A DNA stretch of 59,952 nt, the filler included, from Sphacelaria rigidula (taxonomy: Eukaryota), in NCBI GenBank assembly GCA_964200075.2. It is 6 parts of 6 records of this genome, joined end to end, with 100 filler letters (N's around TTAATTAATTAA, not from the genome) between each part and the next. Parts side by side here need not be neighbours in the genome. Positions count along the whole stretch, not along the records: positions 1 to 9,910 come from CAXNAA020007505.1; positions 10,011 to 19,919 come from CAXNAA020007506.1; 4 more parts are not named here. One strand, 5' to 3'. Within the stretch, counting starts at the first letter, position 1; every line of letters begins with the position of its first letter. The position numbers were made by a program, and so were the translations under genes. Shown in pieces: positions 1 through 11,940 of the stretch. Below the pieces are notes generated by a model. That model had not been told where the DNA came from and ran no database searches. It saw only the letters and a list, made by a program, of their open reading frames with translations.

Positions 1-239
1 ACATCTTCCGGCGCTAATCAGCTACACTGTTCCAGCCCTCCCCACCAAAAAATAAAAATTCTCCCCCCCCCCCCCCGCGGCAGTAAAACGGCATCGCAGA
101 CAGACCACTGGTATCTCATATGACGATTCACTGCGCTCCATCATCACGCAGCGATTTCTCAGTTGTCGTAAGGGGCACAAAAGTAACAACGTTCACATGC
201 CCCCTACGAACGTTGCCAGAATCTGAGGTGTCATTGTTC

Positions 240-3200
240 TCATTCTACGAGAAGTGCGTCGCGGAGGCGTTGGCGCCAGGTGCTGTCGAAGCCAATGGAG
301 TCCAGGTAGCCTTCCACAGATCCGTATTTATGCTTTTAGATGGAGACGGAAACGGATACACACACACGGAAACGGATACACACACATGAGTTTCAAAAAG
401 GAGGACAACGGATCGTGTAGTTGGACGGTCAAGTAAGAGATTAATTTTTCTTTTCAGCTAAGGCACATGAACAAAAAGGATGTATTGAAGTAATGCAGTC
501 TACTTCTACTCGATGAAGTGTTTTAATCATTACTGCCAGCTGGGAGGCGGAGAGAACGGTAAATGTATCACACACAAAATGATTCATTCATTTTTTCTCT
601 TTCCTTCAAGGAAGGAGGAAGCCTCACCCAACCCTTACCCCGCGATCGGGGATCGTGTGCCCATAATCCGGAGGCTCGGCGTGTGGTGGTCACATGGAAT
701 AGGCCCCCCGAACTTTCGGAGAGCTTTGCTCAAGGCAGTGTGAAATTCTTTGTTCATCTCATGCGCTTGGATCCATGCCGACCAAGACGACAAATTTCAG
801 TGGGCACGAACACCAGTACAATGGGAAAAATGACATAAATATCACCATGTAAAAAATGAAAGACCGAGCCACGAACGATCGTGCCCCGTCAAACCATCCC
901 ATAAGTTGCAGGGTACACTGTCTTGGTGTTTGTTTCCCTGTACCTTCCTCCCCTTCCCCTTCCTTCCCTTTCCTTTTTTACTTTCTTGTTGTCATTGTCT
1001 TTTTTCCTTCCACTGTGTTCTTCGCTTCAATTTCACTCCGCCTGTTCTCCAGCTCTGTGTCATCTTCCCCCTTCTCGAGTTTTGTTCAGCGAGTCTTTCC
1101 GTTTCGTTCACTTTGGGTGATGCACGATCAATCGATCAATCAATCAATCAAGCGACACCAGACGGGAAACTGTACGCGAGGAGAACATTTTGACATTGGA
1201 AAATGAAACACTGACTCAAGGGACACATACACGGGACACATGGGACACACACGGGACACATCGGGACACATGGGACACACACGGGACATGCACGGGACGC
1301 ACACGGGACGCACACGGGACATACGCACACAACGTAAAAATGCACACTTACACGGATGAAACGCAGGATATCTTCCATCACGTGCCTCGGGGCAGACAAG
1401 AAAATATCCGGATCCAGATCCTCCTGCGAAACACGTCGTCCGACCAAAACACGGCACCAACACAAGGAATAAAACAACCGAATGCCAACAAACATGTGCA
1501 GAAGGTGGAAAAGGGGAGTACGTGTTGTGCTGCCGAGCACACCAACTCAAAAACAAAGGTAGTCGTTCTTGATAAAAGATGGCCAATGGTACATGAGTGA
1601 AATTGCGTGGGTTGCAAGATACATATTTCAAGAATGCAACATATGTACGAGCGGGCCCAGCCAGGAGTGTCCATTGGTGGTTGAACAGTATTGTCTTGCC
1701 TAATTTCAGGAGTTGAGAGCTAAACCTTTGACACGAGATTTGCATCATCAGTACGCGGAAAGTAGCGGAAGCAACCAAGAAGAAAAAAAAACAGAAAGCT
1801 AGGGCAGTTTTTTAATCTCTGACAAAAAAAAAAGATAATGCCATGACAACTCGATCAGAAAACAAGTGAAAACTCTGGTTACTCCCGTGAAGAATCTTCA
1901 GCTTGCGTGCAGAAGGTCCTTGTAAATATGTTCGGCTCGAAACTCCTGATACTGGGCAGGGCACTCCACTCTTGGTGAGACACCGCCCCACCTCGCTGTC
2001 TAGACAAGTGGTATACGCGACTTCCACAAGGGCGGAAGGTCACGAGTTCGAATCTCGATAAATGCATTTTTTCCCGCATAATCTGGTTCCGTCGTTGAGG
2101 TAATATATTACGCGGTAAATAATTCCTATCTTCTCTTTTCTTTTGCGGCAGAGCGCGCATCAGCAAGTTAGTCTGCAGTTCACGTCGATATGCTTACATC
2201 GGGCTGGCTCGTAAATCTGAAGAAAATAATAGCGCGTGTCGAAGAAACATGTATGTTGTGGCTGGCCCCAGCTCGTAGTGATTAGTGTGGTGCGTTGTTT
2301 TTGCACCCAAGGGGTTGAAATATGGATCCCGTCAAAAGTCCTCCACTCTACACGAGATCGAAAGTTTTGAAAACTTCAATCATCTCGGCGGAGTTTGTTT
2401 TTTTTCGAGGCATTGTCATCATTTTTTTGGAATAACACAACAACAAAATAGCGGCTTTGAATGGGGGCTAGCTGCAGTGTCATGGGTCAGAATATGCCGT
2501 GTTACCTTTGGTTAATTGATTGATCGACTGGTTGGTTGTCGCGAGTGCTTATCATCATGTGTGAACAGGGTACTGTCGTTGACAGACCCTTGTAGGCATT
2601 TTCCTTTGTATATGGCAGTATCCACATCCCCCCCCCCCCCTTTGTACGAGTCTCTTCGTCCGTTCTTTGAATAACACTTTTGGAACTCGCGAAAAACAGT
2701 ACAAACTCTCAAATGCGAGCTTTCGTCACCGGGGAAACGTCACTTGGAGTTCGGTGCACGAATCTGTGACATTAGTATACTTGAACTTAGAGTGGTGCAC
2801 CGTTTCGGTAGGCTGCATCAACACCTGCAGAAAAACAACCACATCTTCCCCAAGTAAACGTCAATCGTAAATCATTTATTTTTCCATCGACGGTTCCAAG
2901 AGGGCTAAGCGACAAGAGGTTTTAGTAGGGGGGATCATATTCATCGGCTAGCGGTGAGGTCATTTGCGCACCCTTCTTCGCATACCTTGTACATGTGTTG
3001 GTTCCCCCCAAGCCAACAACCTCCACAGAAGACGTGTTCCTGAGTTTGTGAAGTCTGCTTGCTATTTGTGGTCACCCCCCCGTTTTCTTCTTCCCCACCA
3101 CGTTTACGACTCTGTGCTGTCCGCTCAACGTTTTTTTTTTCGCAACATCGGTGGGAGTCGGGATCCGAACTCGGGACGGTGCTACTCATGAAACGTACAG

Positions 3201-6200
3201 GGTTCTTTCAGGTGTCGCCAATGTGAGAAGGTCATCGTCCTCGACAGACACTCGTGGGGATTGCTCCCCTGTAAGTAGTGGTCGTATCCACGCAGGTTGT
3301 ACCGTCCTGTTGCTCGCTTTGTGCAAAATTTTCTGAACAAACCGCAGAGAAATTACACGTGAAGTAAGCTCCAGCGGTCGAAAAAACTGTTTACCAAACA
3401 ATTCACATCTATCAGCAGCAGCAGCGGCAGCAGCAGTAATAATGGAGGCGGTGAAACAGCTGAGCTACGGTCGAGGCGGTGGGTGACAAAACATGTCTTG
3501 CGCTTGTTCGGCGTTGATATTTGTCATGAAACGAATAGAATGGTCATTTTCCACACCCTGGATGATGACGATAGATTACATTGTCAAAAAATGTGCTGCG
3601 TACAGTATGGAATCCTTTGTCCATTGTAACACACGTGATAGTCTACACTGTACGCAGTACACTTTCTCAATCACGTATTCTTTTGTCCAGGGTGTGCAAT
3701 CTTCTACTTCGAAGCGTCATTTACGAACGGCCGACGGTGCTCATGTCGTGCGAGCACTGTACGTACCTGAGCTAGAGCCCCGACCATAGCATCGTCGTCG
3801 TCAAGCTCTCGATACGCCGCGTCCGACTGCGCATAGTCATCCACGATAGCCTCATCAGGCACACCCAGGGCCGCTAGCGTCAGAGCCATCACCAAGCCGG
3901 TACGATCTTTGCCTGAGGAATTTTTCGGCCATGGTCGAGAATAGAATGTCCAACCAAATGCGATGTTTAGGGGAGGAAGGGGGGGGAGTACATCGCGGCG
4001 TACAATACGGACTGGGATCAAGAACATGGCAGCGGGACAGGCATGCCGAAAAATATTGCTCAGGTATACGCAGACATACCATTACTTTTTACGATGAAAC
4101 GCGTCAGCGTCCGCTTCCAGGGAATGGTCATACTGAGGTGCTGCTGAGCAAACATGATGGAGATGGCATACGGAGTTCCCCCGTGGAAATTGCATCGGCG
4201 TCTGCCGGTTTGATGACTCTGCAATATACGGAATTTGGGTCGGCACGGCAGTAGACAGCATTACCTGTGGGCTGTAGATTGATTGGCCCACACGCTCTTC
4301 AATTTTTCCGATGACAGACAGACGCTCAGCTCAACGTGTGTGCTCTGTACAGTACGGTACAGTACAGTACCTGCGGTGCAGTAGAGCGCCACAGGGTGCC
4401 TTTCTCTCGTGGCCAGCAACCTAAGTACGCGGTTAATCCCTTCCCCGGAGTATTGAAGGAGCAGCTAAGCACGAACGGATTGGACCAGAGGTGACAATAA
4501 GAGAGCACGCCGTCATGATGAGGCAGTAAACGAGGGAAACGTAACGGGGGCATGTGAGCGGCTGCGTAAGAGAATTGGGACGAGGAAGAAGAACGCGGTC
4601 AAATCTGTCATACAGCAAGAAGGGCAACAACAGAAGAAGGGCCACGTGAGCTACAGGCGTGAACAGATACAGCCCGCAGCCTCGAGAAAAACACACAATA
4701 ATAAGAACGACAACAACAACAACAACAACAATACATGCTTTATTCATCCACCTCATAAAACCAAACAAAATAAAGGGGGCCTTCTATGCCCATCCATCTT
4801 TTTCCCCCGTTTTTTCTTCAGACGGGACATTTTGTGAGCGACATGGAAATAATAAAAAAAATGTATGCAACACGGTTGTTGATCTGAGTGATTGATTGTC
4901 GGACACTAACTGGTCATTACCCACAAGAGGGAACCAGGCGTGGTCATGACTCTCAAGCGAGACGTACCCAGGTGAAGAAAACGGAAATGCTTACTCAGGA
5001 AGAAGAAAAGTGGGGGAAAGGGGGAAAGATAGAACAAACAAATGGAGTCAACTGAGAAAAACAACACTGACGACGACAACGAAAGCAAGCAGAAGGAAAG
5101 GGAACGAAAGAAACGGAGAAGAACTAGCATATTAAATAAATGAATGAACGCATGCATGCATGAATACATGAATGAACGAATGAATACATGAATAAATGGA
5201 TATATAAATGAATGACTGATGAAACAAATAATTGAACAAATAAATACGTACACACATCCGGAGTACATAAATGCATCGAAAAAATTGGTGATCACCAAAA
5301 ATCAAATCGGCACACGTACTTCGTTCAAGAGCACCAGACCGCCGGCGTTGATCTCCTTCATGAATATTTCCTTTGCTTTTTTAGTGCACCGGCGGGACAC
5401 CATCGTCGCGGGAGCGAGCGCCATCACAGCCGCCTGAACAAGAACGGGAAAAAACAAACAAAACATCATAACAAAAGATGTCGATACAAACGAAAAAAAA
5501 CATCGACATATATTTTTGTTTCAAACTCCTTAATTTTTCATCACCTCCGCCCTTCGGAAGTTCCCCCTTCCGTTTGCCGAGTTTCCTGTAACAAATGTGT
5601 GTGTGTGTGTGTCTGTGTGTGTCTGTGTGTGTGTGTGTTCCACTTTGAGTACAAATGCCTATTCACGTGTGAGCACGGCTGGCCTCGCAGAGTGTATCAC
5701 ACGATGTGCAAAAATGAGTCACATCACTCGATCAAAAAACTAGGCAAATTGAACATGTACCGGGACAAAATACTCTCAATTAACCCTTGTGGAAGTCGCG
5801 ATGAACAGTACAAACTCCCACATGCGAGCTTTCGTCACCTAGAAAACGTCACTTTGAGTTCGGCGCACGAATCTGTCACGTTAGTATACTTGAACTTAGA
5901 GTGCTGCACCGTTTCGGTAGGCTGCATCATCAACAGTTGCAGAAGAACATCCATATCTTGCCCAAGAAAACGTCGATCGTAAATCGTCATTTTCCCATCA
6001 ACAATTCCAAAAGAGTTAAATTAGCGGCCGAAGTCCGCAATACGAGTCAGACCTCCCACACGCAGATGGGCGGTAGCTCAACGTGAATAAAAAAAGGCGC
6101 GATCATGGCCGAGCGTTCCAACTCGGCACCCGCCCAAAATCGAGGACCTGCTCAAAATCAGGCGGGGGGTCATAAAACATTGAACACGTCCTCCTTCACT

Positions 6201-9200
6201 GCACCGCAGCACAAACACACCCACGCCCTCTTCCATGTGCTGGAGCTGTCACTGTACTGTGGCGTGTTCACGCATTGCGAAGACAGGTTGGATTGCCTGA
6301 GCTGCGACGTCGTTGTCTTCGTCTCTGTAGAAAATAATGTTGGCCGGCACACAGTGCTGTCTGCACACTCGTGAAAACTTCATGGTGCGTTGGCTCTCTC
6401 ATCTTCCGTACAACGAACAAGGCGCTGCCCGCTGCTGTGCCACTCTGTTTAGCTGGTGCTGTGCGTTAGGGTAACGTACTGTAGTGTACTGTACAGTACT
6501 GCGTGGTGTTGAATCATGTGAGTGCGGTCGTGATTGGTCGTGAGATTATATCGCACGAACACTAGGTTTTAGACTACTCTACAGGCAATTCCCGAGTAGA
6601 ATGAAGCAATCTAATTCGTAATTCCCACGTAAATCTGTCCCGCTGCAATATTCAGTCTGCCAAAAATCTACATCATCACGTGGCGATGCGTAGTAGCCCT
6701 CAAACTCACGCTAACAATGAATTGTTTGTGCGTACTGTTGATATTACTCGACCGTGCTGGCAAACAAGAGGGTCGGTGAAGACGAAAAAATATCAAAATC
6801 AAGTGGCCACGCTAACTGGTCCACTATTTTCGCGGGCTAAAACACAATTTTGCCAATCAAACCCTAATCAACGCGCAAAAAAGAAGCCTCGAGTCAACCA
6901 GGAAGATGTGTATCGACCAGCACTGACCCACACTGGAACATGGCAAACTCACCTCAAGCTAGAATCTCTCTCGACCAGCTCCGCAAAACAATGGAACATG
7001 GCGATTTAGGCGGACGAAACAAATATCATTCAACCCTTCGAACCCACCGCAAGAAGGATAAAGGGTTTTGTAGGTGAAGGCACAAGAGCTGTTGGTGTTA
7101 CTGCTATGTGCACTGCAGAAAAAGGCTTCACAGGATGGGAGATGTGTGTGTTAGTATGTCTATATCAATAGCACTATACTGGTGGATGATTAGTATTGCC
7201 ACGGCGGAATCTTAAAAATGCAAGATGGTTTATATATATATATATATATATAATGCAGCGGTTTTGTGGTAGATGTGTGCAATACACGTTACACGAGAAA
7301 AGAAACTATAATTTGCTCTTATAGGGAGGCTTCAGAAAAAGGAGCACCGCGCAATCACCATCGGATGCATTAACTACTGTAATAGCATGTAATAGCGTGA
7401 GAGCGTAGCGTCAAATTTGCAACACGACCACCTGCAAGACGCCTTGGAGGTGAACGTGATGCACTACCAAATAGGTACAACGTATGTGTTATGTAGTAGT
7501 CCGGCTCACAAGTAATCAGCACAAGCTGAACTCTCCCGACCCCACCCTCTCCTCCTTGCTCCGTCTTGAAAGGGATGCGTGGTTAATGGTGAAACGACTA
7601 AGGCAAGCAACAAATGAGTACGCCCCCCCCCCACCCTCTCCTCGGGCGGGTGAGAGACCCCGGAGGCAAAACAAAATGCGCGTTTTATGTTTAATTCGTC
7701 TTCAGAATCGAGATCATTATTCACGGCTGAAGGGCAGCGGTTTCTTTGTACAAACTTGAGCTTTACTGATCGATAAAACGCAGGAGAAAAGTATGCACGC
7801 TTGATTTAATTCAATATTTTCTGTGCAACACTCGTCTCCGGCGAGTGCCCCTTGCTCAAATACACAATCGTAATTACGCGTGTTAACAGCAAAAGCTGCC
7901 GCGACTCTGTCGCTTCCGTCAGTCATGCTGCTGGTCTCCACGTCGGGGTACGCTACTATTATAGCGCTGAGGGCTGCTGCAGCAGTGATCACACTACAGC
8001 TTAATCATGACAAAAACATGTAAAAAATCGTCGGAATATGACCATAAATTCGTGTCCACCTAGTGGACAACAAAAACGGCAGGAGGTGGCAGTATCTTGA
8101 TATGTTGGTACCTCTACTACCCCATTCTAATAACTTCACATCGTAAGTTGTTTGTGCAACCCACATATACATTTAGATTTTGGTACTGTACCAGTACCCA
8201 GCCATCATTATGGTTTATCCCGAGGGGCCACATATCGGGAAATCCATGCACCACCGCTACCCCCCCCCCCCCCCTACCCGCGGTCGAGAATGAGGAAAAT
8301 GCCAAATCAATTCGGGGAAAACCTCATTCTTCCTATTCCTCCATATTATACGGAATTGAACGATCATTTACATATCTCCGGGTTCGCCTCAACGTGAGCA
8401 GCCCAAAACCGAGGAGTTTTGGTGTGTCAGTTGTTTTTGTGGCGATCGGGGAGCAATTTTGCCGGCTGGAAAATGACTTTTGAGTCGCGGCGATCACTGG
8501 ATAATGAATATTGAGTCCCCCTGGCTTCTACAAGACCGGTTGTTACCGACCTAGCACTATCGCAGTGATACGGCCGCCATGCTAAGAAAGGCGGTGTAGG
8601 ACGAACAGTTCTGTACTGCTACCGAATGACTGAAATGGGCATGCAGTAAGTTGATTGTGCGGTGTTACCAGCCGACACGAGAATGTTCCGATATTATAGA
8701 CGTGCACAATGTTTGAGTTGCAGATAATCACGTACTTTGCCCGCGTTTGGGCAGACAGCCGTGTTCATACAACGCATATATCTACATATCGCAATTCATA
8801 CTGTACTGCGACACAAGAGAGGGAGAGGTTGCGAGGGGGAATGATATGGACGTGGTGTTGCGAAAAAGAATATCCAACATCGAGGTAACGGCAGTCATGA
8901 AATGTAATTAACGTGATATTGATATTATTATGCCCGCAAGGGCAGAACCATGCAGCAAGCTCCCGGGTGCCAGGCGTGCGCGCCCACTTCACGTTCACCC
9001 CTTGCAAGACTTCTGGAATCTGCGGCACATTTCCAGCACCGTTACCCTAAGCGCTTTGATCTTCACTCCCTGCTTCTGCGGGCATGTTTTTTTCTGCTTG
9101 CTTTGACTTACCCCTACCATCTACCGTTTTGGTACACCCGGCGCAGGCCGATGTTACCGGCAAACACGTGCGGTGGAGTACAGCAACTACTATCGCCATC

Positions 9201-9825
9201 ATCCAGCGATCAGGGGGGGGGTACCCCTTCCATGAAATCGGGTACCCTCCCCCTTCTTCAACCCCAGAATAAGGTTTGTGCAGCGAAAGAGGGGGTGGTG
9301 CCTGGATTTCCCGATATGGGGCCCCTCGGTTTATCCACAGGGTTGTTGGGTTGTTGCTAAATTTCACAATTGAGAACATAATCGTTTCGTCACCATGTTT
9401 TCGGTTGGCAACGCAATCCCCTTCCCATCATCGCCACATACTCCTCTTGACCCTACCTTGTGTCGCCTGCGCAGCCGCTGGAACACACCCTTCTTGTATA
9501 TGCTCTCATCGATCAGAGAAACGAAGTATCTTCGCTTAGACCCGTCCTCCCTCTCCTCTCCATCCACGGTCTTCCCCGCCCCATTCATCAAGGGATCTGC
9601 TTGCCCCTCCTCCCCGCTCAAAAACCCCTCATCAAATTCCCTGAGTATGGTCTTGCTCCACCCAGGTTGGTTGCCCTGCATGTTCCGCTGAGTGATAGTG
9701 GCCGTCTGCACGGTTTCTTGGTTGTTGCGGTTGTTGATACTGTCCCCGACGCTTTCAAACCCGCGATACACGTCCGCCTGTATCAGCTTGTCCTTCTCGA
9801 GCTCGGTCGCGCTTCGAAGGTCAAT
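240..9825 (-). CDS. Cys-based protein tyrosine/lipid phosphatase, Y_phosphatase3 (MptpB/IphP-like) family; 5'-partial, 6 exons
   Basis: Phase-consistent GT-AG exons on the minus strand: 9457-9825, 5320-5433, 4371-4464, 3767-3912, 1352-1423, 240-332 (TGA at 240-242). The joined protein has IDLRS(ATE), P-loop ALYCTAGKDRTGLVMAL split across an intron, IVDDYAQS and C-terminal KYGSVEGYLDSIGFD. The N-terminus lies beyond the contig end. Confidence 0.9.
1220..1325 (+). repeat. Minisatellite of ~10-12-bp GGGACAC(A) units
   Basis: acacgggacacatgggacac repeated. Confidence 0.85.
1990..2070 (+). mobile_element. tRNA-like SINE head
   Basis: tagacaagtggta (A-box-like) ... gagttcgaatctc (B-box); acceptor stem not formed. 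Confidence 0.45.
2675..2904. mobile_element. Second copy of the piggyBac-like MITE
   Basis: High similarity to 5784-6015; ends cacttttggaa...ttccaagaggg, flanked by ataa/ctaa (decayed TTAA). Confidence 0.72.
5784..6015. mobile_element. piggyBac-like MITE with TTAA TSD
   Basis: TTAA-CCCTTGTGGAA...TTCCAAAAGAG-TTAA; second copy at 2675-2904 in another intron of the same gene. Confidence 0.75.
7555..7628 (+). mobile_element. Short 5'-truncated family A 3' terminus with 15-bp target-site duplication
   Basis: ccccaccctctcctc at 7540-7554 and 7629-7643 flanks ...aaggcaagcaacaaatgagtacg plus a C-run. Other copies: 30029-30100(+), 39378-39455(-), 40831-40910(-), 40910-40961(+), 54238-54372(+). Confidence 0.8.
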
Positions 9826-9910
9826 CTACACAAATCGAGGGCAGAATAGGACCGGGGAGGGGCGCACTCATGATCATGCATGCCATAGTCATGAGACCAT
9901 CTAACTCGCG

Positions 9911-10010
9911 NNNNNNNNNNNNNNNNNNNNNNNNNNNNNNNNNNNNNNNNNNNNTTAATTAATTAANNNNNNNNNNNNNNNNNNNNNNNNNNNNNNNNNN
10001 NNNNNNNNNN
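9911..10010. other. Artificial contig linker N44-TTAATTAATTAA-N44
   Basis: Identical 100-bp spacers at 9911-10010, 19920-20019, 29929-30028, 39937-40036 and 49945-50044; the palindromic core puts stops in all six frames. Confidence 0.97.
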
Positions 10011-11850
10011 CACCCATCCACCCTCCACCGGCGCCCCCTGACGTGCCACCATTTCACACGTCGGACAACTAATGAGCTACCAAATAATGCTTGTTATTAG
10101 TGTACTGATCCGGATCACGAGCTAGCCCATTTGGCCCCCTGTTCCATATTTGCTCCCTGTAGCGCTGCACGCCGAGCACACGGAGTGGCGCAAAAGGTAG
10201 CGCGCTTTGGCTCCTCGAACCCCGCTGTCACGTATCCTGTGTTCTTCAACAAGGGAAATGGGAGTCCTCTAAGATTCGTAATTTCAGGTTGCTCATGAGC
10301 TCTCCGACGCGTGCACCATCTTGCACTGATTCGGGCAATGAAACGTGCAATTTTTACAGAGACAGTCATTCATGAGCTCCCGCACGCCTCTGTGTGGTTG
10401 CTCAACTAGTCTTGCTCGAGCACGTATTAGCGGAGTATTCAGCTTTTTTCCCCCTTCAAGGGTGCCAACAAGTCGCACCGCCGCGTTCACAGAAAGCACA
10501 CACGCCGTGTGCTACAACAGCATGAGCTATTGTAGGCCGTACAAGAAACCTCGGATTCGCCAACATCGCCCCGCACCGCTCAATTTTTCGTGTTGAGGCC
10601 CAAAATGTGTTGTGACAAGTGGTTCGAAAGAAATTCGCAGGAAGATTACGCGCTCACCTTTTATATATTTTTCTTCTCTCTTGTTCCTTCTTTTCTCTGT
10701 TGTTTTTCTTTTTCTTGTTTTTCTATTCTTTCAAGAATTTGAATTGTCGTATAATTGTCGGAGGAAAATAATGAACGAACAAGGCGAGAATGCAATACGT
10801 CGGTTAGTTCATATCAAATTACGTATCAATATTGCGATATTTTGCGCACCAGGGTTCGCTTTGCTTGCAAAGTTACATACAAGGTAGGGTTTCATGGCTC
10901 CGGCTACGAATCTCGGTCGACGAGGAATCATGGACTGCGACCTTCACCGCTTTACTCTCCCCACCTCGCGAGCTACGCGCGCTCAGAAAGTTTGAGCAAA
11001 TTATGATTCTTTTATTTTGCGGGAAGTTTTTCAGAAGAGCAAACAAACAAAACAAAAATGACACAAAAATGTGCCAATACGGAGATGCGTTAACTAGGCG
11101 ATTACAACCATATGCTCAGCTTGCCTTGGCTCAGTGCAGCTCAAACGGTGTGACCATCTGACCTGAATTTTCGTCTGCGTGCGACACTCAGGAATCGCGG
11201 TTTCGTTGTTATGATATTCTGCAAAAAGGGTGCTTCTCAGATGGAAAATAATATTGGAAAGCTTACAGTATTCTTTTCCCAATCGTTGTTCATTGATTTG
11301 CATGAGCCGACATATTACAGCCTCATCCTGCCCCAAAACCGGACGGATGACACACTCGCAGATTTACCTGGCACTTGTTTTTGTTCGAGTTTAGACGTTG
11401 AGCGAGTAGTAACGCTCAAAAAAATATCCACCCAACGTGTACTCATGTTCTTCTCTTTTTTTCATCCTCTCGTATCCTTCCCCTTGCTCGGGCCGAGTAT
11501 GCAGTGCAGTCTCTAGGGGGATCAATCCTATGTTCCCCGTCCCCCCCCCCGGGGTACTTTTCTAGCAATCTATTGCTGTAGCGAGAACTGGATCGGCACT
11601 CATGCACCCCGTCGACTCCTATCGAATTGCCATTGGCCGCTCATACCCTCAGCGCTTTCAACGGCGGAAACAAGGGTGCGTAAAACACACACACACACAC
11701 ATGATGATCACACTTGTGGGGATTCGTTCTCACCAAGTCCGCACAGACCGAAGCCAACGGCGCACTAGTTTTACTATACCACCGTGACGCGGCTGCTGTA
11801 TACTCACGCCCGCTGCTTGCACCGCGAACTGTATTTTGATCATTCAGCAG

Positions 11851-11940
11851 GACTACATTACCGCCTCGGAGTTCGCAGACACCCTGATGGAGTTCATGCA
11901 GGGGGATGCAGGCATACAGTCCGTCATGCGTTCCACTTGA
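11851..11940 (+). CDS. Candidate isolated terminal exon (DYITASEFADTLMEFMQGDAGIQSVMRST*)
   Basis: Follows cagcag acceptor, reads protein-like and ends in TGA. An overlapping minus-strand reading (~11862-11961) also has a strong polypyrimidine acceptor and a gtaatg donor, so the strand is ambiguous. Confidence 0.3.
   Translation, partial: DYITASEFADTLMEFMQGDAGIQSVMRST

Noticed and set aside
1220-1325. CRISPR-like array
   Set aside because: Short tandem units with no unique spacers, in a eukaryotic intron.
1140-1778. 212-aa minus ORF and overlapping Cys/Pro/Val-rich ORFs
   Set aside because: Produced by the minisatellite; only 1352-1423 is a real exon.
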